This document shows positions 35,972 through 50,264 of a stretch of DNA of 64,000 nucleotides, piece by piece. The notes below the pieces were generated by a model. The model was not told where the DNA came from and did not search any database. It worked only from the letters and a program-made list of their open reading frames with translations. Origin of the DNA: Mobula hypostoma (Eukaryota); the NCBI RefSeq assembly GCF_963921235.1, contig NC_086097.1, positions 252,342,001 to 252,406,000 on the forward strand, written 5' to 3'. Each line of letters opens with the position of its first letter. The stretch's first letter is position 1. Made by a program: the position numbers and the translations under genes.

Positions 35972-38821
35972 TATTTGTCAATGTGGAGCGGAGAGCAAGT
36001 TTGTAAATATGGTGGGAGCAAAGAATGTTGGGAATGGTGAGGCTGGAGTCCTGCGGGTTGGGTGTGGGACAGGTGGCAGAGGAGTAGGGGTGACATGGGT
36101 GTAGACACCCAGTCCTGAGACACCAGGCAAGATCATTTGATTGCAAACAATTTATTTATTGATCATTACAGATGGTTTCTCTGGTTCTTCCTGCTCTTTC
36201 CCTCTCCCTTCCCCTTTTCTCAACCATGATTCCCCTCTCCCTACCCCTTTTCCACTCTCAGTCCACAATAGAGTTCCATATCAGAATCTGGTTTATCATC
36301 GCTCTCATATCATGCAATACGGTACAATATATATAATTACAATACCGAAGTCTGAGGCATGTACTGTAGGAGCAGAATTAGGCCAGTTTGCCCATCGAGT
36401 CTCCTCCACCATTCCATTATGTCTGATTATTATCCCTCCGAACCCCGTTATTTTGCCTTCTCCCCATAATGTTTAATGCCCTTACTAATTAAGAACCATG
36501 GTTATCTGTGGCAGTGAATTCCAGATTCACCACCCACTGGAGAAATTCCTCCTCATCGCTGTTCTAAATGGATCTGTCCCAGTTATGAGGCTGTGGTCCT
36601 CCGGTCCTAGGCTCCCCCAGCATAGAAAACATTTTCTCCACATTCAGTCAACCTTTCAATATGTGATAGTTTTCAATGAGTTAACCTTTTCATTTCTGGA
36701 ATCATTCTCGCGAACCTCCTCTGGGCTTTATCCAAAATCAGCACATCTTTTTTTAGATAAGGTGCCCAAAACTGCTCGCCATGCTCTATAAATGTGAATC
36801 AAGACTATTGAAAGGCTTAAATGGAGTGGATGTGGAGAGGATTTTTTCCCCTAAGCTCCAGTGAGTGTAGGTTCAGCTATCAAATGCTCCTTATTTGCTG
36901 AGACTGCAGAATATTTTGACAAAATCTCAACAATGTCGAAGTTAAACACTTATTGCAGTTGTTTGTTGCCATGATGTGCATACTTGAAGCACAAAAGAGT
37001 GAAGATGAACAGTAAATGTATTGACAGGCAGAATGGCCGTTTGTTGATTGATTTCCTGTGTTAAATCTTCTGTTAATTTGAAGGCACGAGTTCCATTATT
37101 CCCTGTTCAATATAGGCAACAAAGTACTTACCGGACACTGACCATGAAGCAATTGGGTGCTTTGAAATTCTCCCATTTGCCAATCTTTTGGATGTATGCA
37201 GACTTTCCTTATTTAGCCACAGTTCGACAGTATGTACGCTAATCGGGTTGACCTTGGACTATTTCCTCAAGATGATCCAGAGCCTACGTTACTAATGGGC
37301 AATAAACCAATGTTCGGAGTAAATTTATTATCAAAGTACATATAAATCACCATGCATTACCGTAATTCATTTTCAAGTTCAGTTTATTGTCATTTAACTG
37401 AACACTTGTACACTGCAAATGAAAGAACATTCCTCTGGACTGAGGTGCATAACACAGTACATATAACTCACGCAACGCAAAGTAATATCACCACAAATTC
37501 ATAAAATAGCTTCCAGAAGATTGACATTGAACGTAAGGTGCATTTACAGCACGTTTAAAAAGTAAAAAGTATAATACTGTTCTAATGAATAAATAACTGT
37601 CTATTGGTCTCCACTGAGAAGAGTCTCGACCCGAAGTGTCGACTGTCTATTCATCTCCATAGATGCTGCCTGTTCCTCCAGCATTTTTGTATTGGGTTTC
37701 CAGCATCTACAGAATTTCTTGCATATATAACACTATTAATGCTTCATACATGATGAGACCAAGGTGATTACAGGGAGTTCAGTAGTCTCATAACCTGATA
37801 TTGAGTCTATAGGTTGTGGAGTCAGTTCAGTGTTGAGAGGAATGAAGTTATCCACACTGGTTCAAGATAGTTGAAGGGTAATACCTCTCTGAACCTGGTG
37901 GCATTGGACCTAAGGCTCTTGTACCTTTTTCCTGATGACAGCAGCGAAGAGAGAACATGGCCTGGATCCTTGATGATGGGTGGTGTTTTCTTGTGATGGT
38001 GTTTGTTGTAGATGGGGCTTTTCCTGTGATGGACCGGGCTGTATCCAGCACTCTGTAGACTTTATTCATTCCTGGGCATTGGTGTTTCCATAGCAGGCTT
38101 GAATGCAACCAATCTGAAAGTTGTGCAGAGTTTTAGATGACATGCTGAATCTGTGTAAATTTCTAAGAAAGTAGAGGCACTGCTGTGCCTTCTTTGTAAT
38201 GACACTTATTTGCTGGTCCTAAGACAGATCTTCTGACAACACCAAGGAATTTAAGGTTAAACTCCATCTCTGATCACCTAATGGCTCATGGACCTCTGGT
38301 TTCCTCCTCCTGTAGTCCATAGTAGATAGATGGTGGCAATACCACATTTCAGTTGTGCCAGTGAATGACAAGTCACTTACTGCTGCTTCACTGACTGGCA
38401 TGGAATTGTTGTCTGTGCTAAATCGAGGCAAAACTCAGACTTGACTTTTATTTATTCCAGCTGAAATAATGGCATTAATTATAGTCTGTCAATCTCTGAA
38501 AATTAACCTTGCAATTGTGGCCGTGTTCTTTCAGCCAGTGTGCCTGAGTGATCTGCCCACTTTTCCATGAAGGTTTTCGTTATGATTCTGATTTATTGCA
38601 TGTCATAGCTAACAGTGTTGGTTTGAGTTCAGTTTTCCATGTCTAGTACATGATAGCTTAGCAGTGAGCCTACTGCCTTACAGCACCACTGATCAGGGTT
38701 CAATTCCCATTGCTGTCTGTAAGGAGTTTGTATGTTCTCCCTTTGACCACGTGGGGTTCTTCTGGGTGCTCCTGTTTGCTCCTACATTCTGGAGGTGTAT
38801 GTTTTTTCACTGTATGTTTTG

Positions 38822-39335
38822 ATATGATGGTGGTTGTCTGTCATGTCCGACAATGACTGGGAACTTGTGGAAGAGTTTTTAAAGTGGAAAAACTGTTGCA
38901 CTGGGGCAGTTCCACTTTCTTGACCTTGGAAGTCGGGGTCCAGTGGTGCAAGTTGTCGTCCCAAATTGGGATCTTCCTTGGTTGGAGTGGATGACCATGA
39001 CTCCTGTGCTTTGTCATAACCTTTGCTCTTCATGAAGTATTGCAGAACCACCTTCCTAGCCACTGGATCTCGCTGTAGATCACATCCAACCGGTCCTCTG
39101 GAGCTGACTTCAAACGCTAGTTCAGGTATGCCCCTATCTCACTGGGGTAGGAGGCGCACCAACTACCCTCACCTGGTTTAGCCACCTGTCAAAGTGATGT
39201 ACTTACTGTCGTGTGGCCACTGTCACGTGCAAACAGCTACTTGGAGCCAATGGAGACCAAAGCTGAGTGAGCTGCCCCAGAATGGACATGACAAGCCCCT
39301 TCACCAGACGTACTACCCTTCCCTGGATACCTCAT
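38822..39335 (-). mobile_element. RTE-derived non-autonomous element, next to or inside a tRNA SINE (about 38655-38800)
   Basis: The minus-strand 5' end is GGGAAGGGTAGTACGTCTGGTGAAGGGGCTTGTC, resembling RTE/BovB 5'UTRs. It has a short-repeat 3' tail. Confidence 0.55.
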
Positions 39336-39384
39336 CCACCCCATGTTTTAATGTACATGTGACAAATAAAATTAATCTTTAAAA

Positions 39385-40247
39385 TCATCAGTCTTCACTG
39401 GAAGATACTAGCAGTATGCCTGATGTTGTAGTGTGTGAAGGTGCAGTTACTGTTACAAGAGAGAAGGTGCTCAAAAAGCTGAAAGACCTAAAGGTACATA
39501 AGTCACCTGGACCAGAGGAACTGCATCCTAGGATTCTGAAAGAGATAGTGTTAGAGATTGTGGTAGCACTAGAAATAATCTTTCAAAAATCATTGGACTC
39601 TGGCATGGTGCCAGAGGACTAGAAAATTGCAAATGTTACTCCACTCTTTAAGAAAGGAGGAAGGCAGCAGAAAGGAAATTATAGACCAGTTAGCCTGACC
39701 TCAGTGGTTGGGAAGATGTTAGAGTCAGTTGTGAAGGGTGAGGTGATGGAGTACTTGGTGACACAGGACAAGGTAGTACAAAGTCAGCATAGTTTCCTTC
39801 AGAAAAAATCCTGCCCGATGAACCTGTTGGAATTCTTTGAGGAGATTACAAGTAGGATAGATAAAGGGAATGCAGTGGATGTTGTATATTTGGACTTTCA
39901 GAAGGCCTTTGAGAAGGTGCCACACATGAGACTGTTTACCAAGTTAAGAGCCCATGGTATTACAGGAACTAATTAGTTACTAATATGGTTAGAGCATTGG
40001 CTGATTGGTAGAAGGCAGCGAGTGGGAATAAAAGGATCCTTTTCTGGTTGGCTATCAGTGACTAGTGGTGTTCTACAGGGATCAGTGTTGGGGCCACTTC
40101 TTTTTATGCTGTAAACCAATGATTTAGATGATGGAATAGATGGCCTTGTTGCCAAGTTTGCAGATAATACGAAGATTGGTGACAGGTAGTGCTGAGAAAA
40201 CGGGTAGAATGCAGAAGAACTTAGACAGATTAGGAGAATGGGCAAGG
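39385..40247 (+). mobile_element. CR1 RT fragment
   Basis: Motifs KSPGPEELHPRILKE, NYRPVSLTSVVGK, VDVVYLDFQKAF and KFADNTKI are present. Confidence 0.88.
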
Positions 40248-43026
40248 AATGCCCTGACAATTCAATGACCTATCAACGTCTGCCTTAAATAGACCCACTA
40301 ACCTGGCTTCTACAGATGCCTGTGGCAACGAATTCCACAGGTTCACCACCCTCTGGCCAAAGAAATTCCTCCTCATCTCTGTTCCAAATGGACGCTCCTC
40401 TCTATCCTGAGGCTGTGTCCTCTGGTCTTCGACTCCCCTACTATAGGAAACATTCTCTCCACATCCCTTCTAGCTAGGCCTTTGAACATTCAAAAGGTTT
40501 CAGTAAGATCCCCTCATTCTTCAGAACTCCAGTGAGTACAGGCCCAGATCCATCAAATGCTCCTCAATGATCATACAATCAATCTTTGTATAGAAATTAT
40601 CTTGTCTATTTATTTCTTTATTGCTTTTTTATTATTCCACCTTTATCTTACATGTTTTTTTTGTGTTGCACCAGATCTGGAGTAACAATTATTTCATTCT
40701 CCTTTACATTTTTGTGCTGGAAATGACATTAAACAATCTTGAATCTCTAACTTCACTCATGGCTTTACTTAGAGATTTTAACTTTGATCTGTCTGCTAAT
40801 TTAAACGCTAGATTCTATACATGTACAAAACTTGTTCATACCTCTTTATGGATCATGACAACTGGGTCCTTTTTTTCACCCTCTTAAGTTCCATTTAAAG
40901 AAGCATAAATTCAGTTCTAGCGCTGGGCAATGAATGCTGCCTCAATAATTTACTATTCTCTTTAAGGATGAGGTATACTGTTTCCATAAACCACTATTAC
41001 CTTTTTACCCAACCTGACTCATCTCTTTCCAGTCCACTACTGTTGTGACCGCTTTGCAGCCTGTCATGTGCATGGGTGAGACTTCTCCAGCAATCCTGCC
41101 ACCTCCTGTCATCTTGAAGGGGCTTATCCAGCACCGTTCAAAGTACATTTGTCACCATATGCAATCCTGAGATCATAGGGCATCGGTGTTTCCATACCAG
41201 TATGACGCAGCCAGTCAATGTACTCTCCACCACACATCTGTAGATGTTTGTTAAAGTTTTAGATAACAAGCTGAATCTTTGCAAACTCTTAAAGTGGAGG
41301 TGCTGCCACACTTTCTTCGTAATTGCACTTGTGTGCTGGGCCCAGACAGGTCCTCTGAAATGATAACGCTAAAGAATTTCAAGTTGCTGACTTTCTCCAC
41401 CTCTGATCCAACGGGGACTGGCTCATGGACCTCCAGTTTCCTCCCTCTGAAGTTAATAATGAGCTAATTGTATAAAAAGCAATTAGATTTTTTTAACCAC
41501 TCAAGTCGAGTTGTTTTTGGTTGCTGGATCATGATAGGCTGTTTTTTTTCTGTGCTTTGAAGTAGTTTCACTGATCTATTTTAAGTGCTTGTGGTTTGGG
41601 TGTGTTAGTACTTAGGAAGTGCACATTTCAACCAGGTGACAACTTGGTTAACTTTCAACTGATTAAAATTAAACCATTTTAGGTAATTTGTCGAAACTGT
41701 CTCTCCCATTTTTACGTTCTCAAACTCACAGCTTTCTACCTTGTCTGTATCAGTCATTCAATGTTGTAATGAATTTCACATTCCTGTGGCTAATTGAATT
41801 ATTTGTGGATGTGACAAAGAACATTGAAACCAGAGCAGTGGATGTGGTGGAAATGGAGTTTAGGAAAGCATTTGAAAAGGTTCTGGTAAACCTGGTTAGT
41901 CCACACTTGGTCTCCTCATTATAGGAAGGATATATAAGTTGTAGCGATGATGCAGAAGAGATTTACAAGGGTACTGCTTGGATTAGAGAGCATGTCTTGT
42001 GAGGTAGGGCTTTTCTCACTAGAGTGAGGGAGGATGAGAGGTAACTTGATAGAGTTGTACATGATGAGCATTGATCAAGGGTGTTAACAGTTTTCTGGGT
42101 GGAGATGGCTAATACCAGGGGGCATAATTTTAGTGATTTGTTGAAAGTATAGCTGGGTCACATCAGAGTGGTGAGTGCATAGAACACCCTGCCAGGGGTG
42201 CTAGTAGAGGCAAATGAATTAGGGCCATGTAAGGCACATGAATGATGGAAACAGAGATGACAAGGTGAGTGGGAACGGTTAGGTTGATATTGGAGTAGAT
42301 CAAAAGGTCAGCACAATATTGTGGGCTGAAGGACCTGTACTGTTCAATGTTCTTTTCCTACCATTGTGTGGATGTTAAAAACTGTTTGCTTCCCCTCCTT
42401 CCCCCCCTCCCTCCTACTGCTCAATGTTCAAAATAAATATAGTAAATCAACCTAAACTCTTAATGGATACACGCCTTTCCCATCTGAACTTTCCTCATCA
42501 ACCAACCATGTCAAAGTTCAAAAGTAAATTTATTATTAAAGTACACAAGATGAAGAATCCTTGAGTGGTTGTGAGAACAGTTCAATGATGGGGTGAGTTT
42601 AGTTCAGGAGTCTGATGGTTGAGGGGTAATAACTGTACTGGAACCTAGTCCTGAGGCTCCTGTACCTTCCTGATGGCAGCGATGGGAAGAGAGTATGACC
42701 TGAATGCGGGGGATCTCTGATGGATGCTCATTTCATTTGTTTAATTTAAATATATAATTTGTAACTCAGTGAAACAGTTTGTCTTTTGATACCTTTTTCA
42801 CTCTTCTCATGAAACTTCGTTTATTTGGGGCAGCTGCTTAATTATTCCAAAATGTACTGCCCTGAATGCGTCTCAATGCACTGCTGTTTTTAAAATGTAG
42901 CTGCTGCTTCACAGTGCACTTCAGAGATTTACTTTAGAAACTGACAAGACAAAACTCTTTAAGACCATTAGAATTTTGGATTGTGATTCTCTACCATTGT
43001 AACTACACGGGAAGACTAAATGAATA

Positions 43027-43220
43027 GGACTGTGCAAAAGTCTTAGGCATATAATTGAGAAAATCTGCAGATGCTGAAAATCCAGACAACACACACACAA
43101 AATGCTGGAGGAACTCTGCAGGCCAGGCAGCATCTGTGGAAAAGAGTACAGTCAATGTTTTGGGCCTAGACCCTTCAGCAGGCATACGTATAGATAGGGT
43201 GCCTGACTTCTGCACAGTCC
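43027..43220. mobile_element. Second micro-MITE copy, split by a Penelope terminal-repeat insertion
   Basis: The arms are GGACTGTGCAAAAGTCTTAGGCA and TGCCTGACTTCTGCACAGTCC. The insert is flanked by AGGCATA on both sides. Confidence 0.6.
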
Positions 43221-44084
43221 TCTATGTGTTACTGTTAATCATTGAAATTGTTCATTTCTGACTTGCCGGGGTGGGGGGGGGGTGGGAGGGAGAGAATCAG
43301 TTTTTGGATGTGGAACGGATGTTTCCTATAGTGGGGTAATCTAGGGGTAACCTAGGACCAGAGGGGGATAGCTTCAGAATTAATGGACAGAGATGAGGAA
43401 AGATTTCTTAGCCAGAGGGTGTTGAATCTGTGGAATTCATTGTCACAGATGGCTGTGGAGGACAAGTTATTTGGTGTATTTAAGGCAGAGGTTGATAGGT
43501 TCGTGATTAATCAGGGTGTTGAAGGTTATGGGGAGAAGACAAGAGAGTGGGGTTGAGAGGGGTACTAAATCAACCAGGATCAAATGATAGGAGCAGAATT
43601 TGCCCATCAACTCTGCTCTATGTCTTGTGGACTGATCTCAGAAACAGAGCCTAAAAGCAAGGCATTGCTTATTTTAATGTTGTTGCCAAATTTAAGCTCT
43701 GGTTTCCCTCTCTTTCTCAGGAGTAAGTGGAAACTTAGTCATGTACCAAGATTCACCACTTCACACTTGGCTACTTTACAATTATTACGTTATTTTATCA
43801 ATGATAAATGATAGATGCTGCCATTTTGAGATTCCGTTTTGAGGTTTCAAAAGGCAATGCTGCAAAAAAACAGCAACCTCATTAAGGACCTCATCACCCA
43901 GGATATGTACTCTTCTCATTGCTACCATCAAGGAGGAGGTACAGGAGCTTGAAGGCACATGCTCAATGTTACAGAAACAATTTCCTTCCCTCTGCCATCA
44001 GATTTCTCAATGGACACTGAACTCATAAACACTGTCTCAGTATTGTTTTCCTTTTTTTTTTGCACAAATAGAATTGACTTTCTT

Positions 44085-45057
44085 ACTTACATACTTCATA
44101 TACATGAGGAGTAAAAACCTTTATGTTACATCTCTGTCTAAATGTGCAATTTATAATAAATAATGTGTACAACAGGACAGTCAATATAACCTAGAAATAC
44201 AGTTGTGTCAGTCTGAATTAATCAGTCTGATGGCCTGGTGGAAGAAACTGTCCCAGAGCCTGTTGGTCCTGGCTTTTATGCTGTGATACCGTTTCCCAGA
44301 TGGTAGCAGCTGGAACAGTTTGTGGTTGGGATGACTCGGGTCCCCAATGATCCATCGGGCTCTTTTTACACACCTGTCTTTGTAAATGTCCTGAATAGTA
44401 GGAAGTTCACTTCTATAGATGCGCTGGGCTGTCCGCACCACTCTCTGCAGAGTCCTGCGATTGAGGGAAGTACAGTTCCCATACCAGGCAGTGATGCAGC
44501 CAGTCAGGATGCTGTCAATCGTGCCCATGGAGAAAGTTCTCAGGATTTGGGGACTCATGCCAAATTTCACCCATCTGAGGTGAAAGAGGTGCTGTTGTGC
44601 CTTTTTCACTACACAGCCAGTATGTACAGACCACGTGAGATCCTTAGTGATGTGTATGCCAAGGAACTTAAAGCTGTCCACCTTCTCAACCCCAGATCCA
44701 TTGATGTCAATAGGGGTTAGCCTGTCTCCATTCCTCCTGTAGTCCATAACCAGCTCCTTTGTTTTTGCAACATTGAGGAGAGATTGTTTTCTTGACACCA
44801 CTGTGTCAGGATGATGACTTCTTCTCTGTAGGCTGCCTCGTTATTATTTGAGACTAGGCCAGTCAGTGTAGTGTCATCAGCAAATTTAATCAGCAGATGG
44901 GAGCTATGGATGACGACACAGTCCTGGGTATACAGAGAGTAAAGGAGGGGACTTAGGACACAGCCCTGAGGGACAGAGGTGAGGGAGCCCATTCTTACCA
45001 TCTGCCGACAATCTGACAGGAAGTCCAGGATCCAGCTACACAAGGCAGGGTGAAGGG
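44085..45057 (-). mobile_element. Rex1/Babar-type LINE 3' part, nested in another Rex tail
   Basis: ORFs 44717-45043 and 44208-44801 contain PQGCVLSPLLY, KFADDT and FQLLPSGKRY. Confidence 0.88.
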
Positions 45058-45744
45058 TAAAAAATTATTTTTTTATCTACATTTCTTGATTTGCAATGTA
45101 CTGCTGCCACAAAACAACACATTTCATGACATACACTGGTGATTTTAAGCCTGATTTTGATTTTCAAATGATAATACCATATTATATTTTGTCTGTGCTG
45201 TAACTTCCTGTTAGCTTTAAGATGTAAATGTTATTTTTGCTCCTGAGCCAGAATGGTGAACAGTGGTTAACCTCCAGTTCGTGTGGAGTGTTTACCTACT
45301 TTTGCCAGTCTCAGTAAAGAAACCCCACTTTATGTTGCTGCTGATTTGTGTACTGATACCATATCCTCTCACCTGAGTTAATCTCTTGCATTATTGGGGT
45401 TCTTTTGGAGCCCAGGTTCCTCAAGGTGCTCTAATTCAAAATTACAAGACATGGGATCGATAGTGATTCAGTAATTTAGATTCCAAATGGGCTTGCCTGT
45501 GGAAGACCGAGGCAGTGGTTCAGGGGTCTTATTCTGGCTGGAGGTCTGTAACCAGTGGTGTTCTGTAGGGATTGGTGCCAGAGCCTCAAAGTGATGTAGA
45601 TGGGTGGGTTAGCAAGTTTCCAGATGAATTGAAGATTAGTCCTGATGGAGGATTTTCCCCCTCCCACCTTATCTTTCCCCTCCTTTCCAGTCTTGAAGAA
45701 GGGTCTCACCCCGCAGCACTGCTGCCTTCCTCCTTTCCCTACCC

Positions 45745-46155
45745 TTCTGAGCCACAGGGCCAGACTCTGTGCCAGAGGCGCGGCCACTGTTGCTTCCCCC
45801 AGTTAGGCTGCCCCCCCAACAGTACTCGAACAGGAGTACTTATTATCAAGGGGTACAGCCACAGGGGTACTTTCTAGTATCTGACTCCTGCCCTTCTCTC
45901 TCCTGACTGTTACCCACTTACCTGTCTCCCCAGGCCCCGGTGTGACTACCTGCCTATAGCTCTTCTCTATCACTTCCACACTTTCCCTGACCAGACGAAG
46001 GTCATCGAGCTGCATCTCCAGTTCCCTAACGTGGTCCCGAAGGAGCTGCAGCTCGACAGACCTGGCGTAGTTGTGGCCGTCAGGGAGGCTAGGGGTCTCC
46101 CAGACATCCCACATCTGACACCCAGTACAGAACACCGGCCTCACAGACATACTTC
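45745..46155 (-). mobile_element. CR1 ORF1 N-terminal fragment
   Basis: The ORF reads VFCTGCQMW..LQLLRDHVRELEMQLDDLR..WVTVRR..VPLDNKYS, the zinc-finger/leucine-zipper region of CR1 ORF1. Confidence 0.8.
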
Positions 46156-49100
46156 CTGTTTCTATTCCTCACAGGTAACTTGCCTCGCCTTGACCCGTTA
46201 TCACCGAAGCCTGAATGAGCCAAAGCCCTACCACTCTGCCTCATATCACTCCATCAATGATTGCTCCACTAGGCAGTGTCTCCCTTTTATACCTGAACCT
46301 TCCCTGCTATTTAACTCATGATTGATGCTCTGGTTATAGCCGCTGATAGGTCATGTACAATGGATTAACGCTCTCAATTTATTATCCCTCTCAAATGGAA
46401 TATTCCTACACTATTTCAATGACTTTGTGGTTTGATGTTTTGTATTCTGTGCTTTTTTTGCTCATTTTTTTGCTGTTTGCATGATTTGTTCTTTTTTTCT
46501 TGCACGTTGGGTGTTTGATGTTTTCTTTGAACGGGTTCTTTGTTTCTTGGCTCTCTGTGGGAAAACTGCTCTCAGGGTTGTATACTACATACATACTTTG
46601 GCAACAAATGTACTTTGAATCTTTCAATCAATCCTATTCTTCTGCCTTCTCTCATAACCTTTGACACCCTGAATAATCAAGATCCTATCAACCTCTGCTT
46701 TAAATATACCCAATGACCTGGCCTCCATAGATGCCTGTGGCAATGAATTCCACAGATTCACCCACTTACCTGTCTCCCCAGGCCCCGGTGTGACTACCTG
46801 CTTGGCTAAAGAAATTCCTCTTCATTTGTTCTGAATGGATGCCTCTCTACTCTGGGGCTGTATCCTCTAATCCTTGATTTACCCACTGTAGGAAGCATCT
46901 CCTCCATATCCACATCTAGGGCTTTCAATACTTGATAGGTTTCAATGCGCTACCCCCCCCCACCCCCACCCCGTTCTTCTGAACTCCTGTGTGTATGGGC
47001 CTAGAGCTGTCAAACACTATGTGGGGTAAGTTTATTTTTACAAATTAAGAGTGTCAGAGGGACAGGGGTGGGGGGAATATGGATCACGTACAGGCAGAAG
47101 AGACAATGTATTGTGTGTTAAGCACAGAGATGGTGTAGTACTGTTCTGGAAAATCAGATTAAATAACAAATGTTGCAACACTCGATGTTTCAAGGAATAT
47201 GAGATATTTTGCTTTTGAAATCTGATGATTCTTCCTTTTTAAATCTTTTTTAAATGTTCTATTGCACATAGTCTTTTCCAATATTAAGCCACAGAATTCC
47301 AAGAATGTGTATTGGCTCACTTTTGAATATGGAAATATTGTTCAAACAATTTGTAATCAGCATTGAGCTTAAGTGGAGATCCAGAGCGGGACAGGCCTTT
47401 GGGGCCAATGAGCGGCAACTCACCTACTCAACCCGAGCCTAGTCGCACGGCAAATCACAATGACTGATTAAGTTACTACCTAGTATGCATTTGGATTGAG
47501 AGTGGGAACCAGAACACCCAAAGGAAACATACAAACCCCTTAAATACGGTTTTGGAATTGAAGTTCAAACTTCGATACCCCGAGCTTTGACAGCGTTGTG
47601 CTATCCACTGTGGTGCCAAGGCACCTCTTCATTGTAGAACCTCGTGCAAGGATGCTAGTTGCCGGTAGCATAATTCACTGAGCAAAATGACACTCGTATT
47701 GTCATGCTGACCACAGTGCTTACCCAATTGTAATACCTACCATTACAGTGGCTGTTTCCTTTGCCACCTCTGATTTCATTTCCAGCCTAATTACAGGCAT
47801 ATGGCCTAAGCCGTATGTCTTCAGAACGCAGGAGGAAGCCGGGACATCTGAAAACCACGCGGTCACAGCAACAACGTACAAACTCCTTACAGACAGCGCT
47901 AATAATTGAATCTGGGTTGCTGGTGCTGTAATAAATAATGCTAGTTGCAATGCTACTGTGCCACCCAAATTCTGACAGCCTTCCTAGTTGAGCTGCCAAT
48001 CGAAAGTGCTAATCATACACATGAGATTTTGCAGATGCTGGAAATTCAGAGCAACACCCAACATTGGAAGAGCTCAGTAGGTCAGGCAGCATCTATGGAA
48101 ATTAATTAGCAGTCAATGTTTCAGGCTGAGAGCTGCTGAAGGATCTTGGTCTGAAGTGTTAACTGTTTATCCCTTTCTATAGACGCTAGCTGACCTGCTG
48201 AGTTTCTCCAGTATTTTATGTGTGTTACGTTGAATTGAAAGTGCTGCTGCCCTGTGTAGAAGTCCTCTTGCTAAATCTTTTGGGCCAAATAATTCCAGTC
48301 TTCTCAAGAACAGCGTGTGTTAAACATGTTCTGCTAGCTTGGGTCCTGAGTGCTGGAGATAAAACGAACTCTTCCCAAGGACTGATTCCCTACCCACAGT
48401 AATTAATGGATTAATACCCAATTAAATCTTCATTGGAAGAATGAGGGGGGATCTCATTGAAATTTATCGAATATTGAAAGGCCTAGATAAGTGGGTGTGG
48501 AGAGGATGTTTCCTATAGTGGAGAGTCACAGCCTCAGAATAGAGGGATGCCCATTTAGAACAGATGAGGAGGAGCTTTAGTCAGAAGGTGGTGAATCTGT
48601 GGAATTCATTGCCACAGATGGCTGTCAAGTCATTGGGTATACTTAAAGTGGAGTCAAGTTCAAGTTTATTGTCATCTGGCTGTTCATTAGCCTCACAGCC
48701 TGAGGGAAGAAGCTGTTACCCAGTCTGGCAGTCCTAGTCCTGATGCTCCTGCACCTCGTTCCTGATGGTCGTCGGTCAGAGAGATTGTGGGATGGATGGT
48801 TGGGATCCTCAATAATGCTTCAGGCCCCCTCATCTGCAACACTCCCGGTAAATGTCCCAAATAGTGTGGAGTGAGAGCCTGGTGATCCTCTCGCTGGATT
48901 TTTACTGTCCTCTACAGGGAACTTATCGGAATGAACCAACTGCCAGATTCCATGAGATGTTTTACCCAGTCATGTATATAATTAACTTACAAAAAATGGA
49001 GCAAAATAATTTGTTGTTATTTTACAATAGAGTCTAACCCTTGAAGACATATTTTCTGCAAGTAATATTTGTGAATTAGCTTAAATGAGGCTAAATGCAT

Positions 49101-50264
49101 TTTAAAGTCTGTGGTAGCTTGGGGTAACGTCTGGTCTGGCATGTCAGTCTGCACAGCAGAGGTTTCTGGTTCTGATGTTTCCAGTTGAACATTCCAAGAT
49201 CAAACTAGCACTAAGCTATCCCCTTATTACATATTCGAGCTTGAGTCAGCACTATTGATTTGCATTCGTAGTGGTACAACTTGTGTCCTGTTCCTCCAAG
49301 TGTCATTAAATAGAATCCCTAAGTAAGCAATACTCTATAATTATTGTGACATGGAAGACAGTTCAGCCCAGTGGGTCCCTGACAGCATTCCTCATTCCAC
49401 TCCTAGCCTGTGTATCTGCAAGTCATCATCTCATGCACGCCCTTCAACTGCCTTCGTCAGCATGGGGTGGTTTACAGTGGTCATTTCCCCACAGTACACC
49501 GTTGGGGTGTGGTAGGAGACCAGAGACACCTCTGCATTACGGAGGTAGTGTGCACGTTGTATGCCAACTCTGTGGGGTCAAACCCAGATTCCAGACCTAC
49601 ATAGGCATACTCCCACAGTGGTTTTATCCATTGTTTTTAAAATGCTTTTGTCACTGGTCCTCATTCCAGAGTCTTGAAAACCAAAATCTCATAATATTAA
49701 TCTGTTCATACAGCCAATGTGATTTCAAGTGCTGTGCAATGTATAAAGTGCAAATGTGAAAATAAAAGGCAAAAAAGATGTTAGTTAAAAGCAAGGTTAA
49801 ATGAATTTTGAGCTCGTGTTTAAAGTGTCAACTGAGTCTGCATCCCTTGTAGTTTTAGGTATTGAATTCCACATTTCTGGAGTGTACTGTAGTTCAGAAA
49901 AGCTGAGCTGCTGATTATCTTTTGAGGGAAATATAAGTTAGAGACTGGCGGAAGACCTGAAAAAACTCGAGAGATTTGATTAGTGATGATCATCTTGGCA
50001 CCTCGGTAGGTCAAATGTAGAGAGACAGTACACTGTTAAATGCAAGACCCTGAACAGTATTAATGAACAGAGGGATCTTAGGAGTCCAAGTTCATCGCTC
50101 CCTGAAAGAAACTGCACAGATTGATAGAGTGGTTAAGAAGGCAAATGTCATGCTTCTCTTTATTAGTCGACACATTGAGTTGAAAAGTTGGGAAGTTAAG
50201 TTGCAGCTTTATAAAACTCGAGTTAGGCCACATCTGGAGTGCTTTATACAGTTCTGGTCACCGT

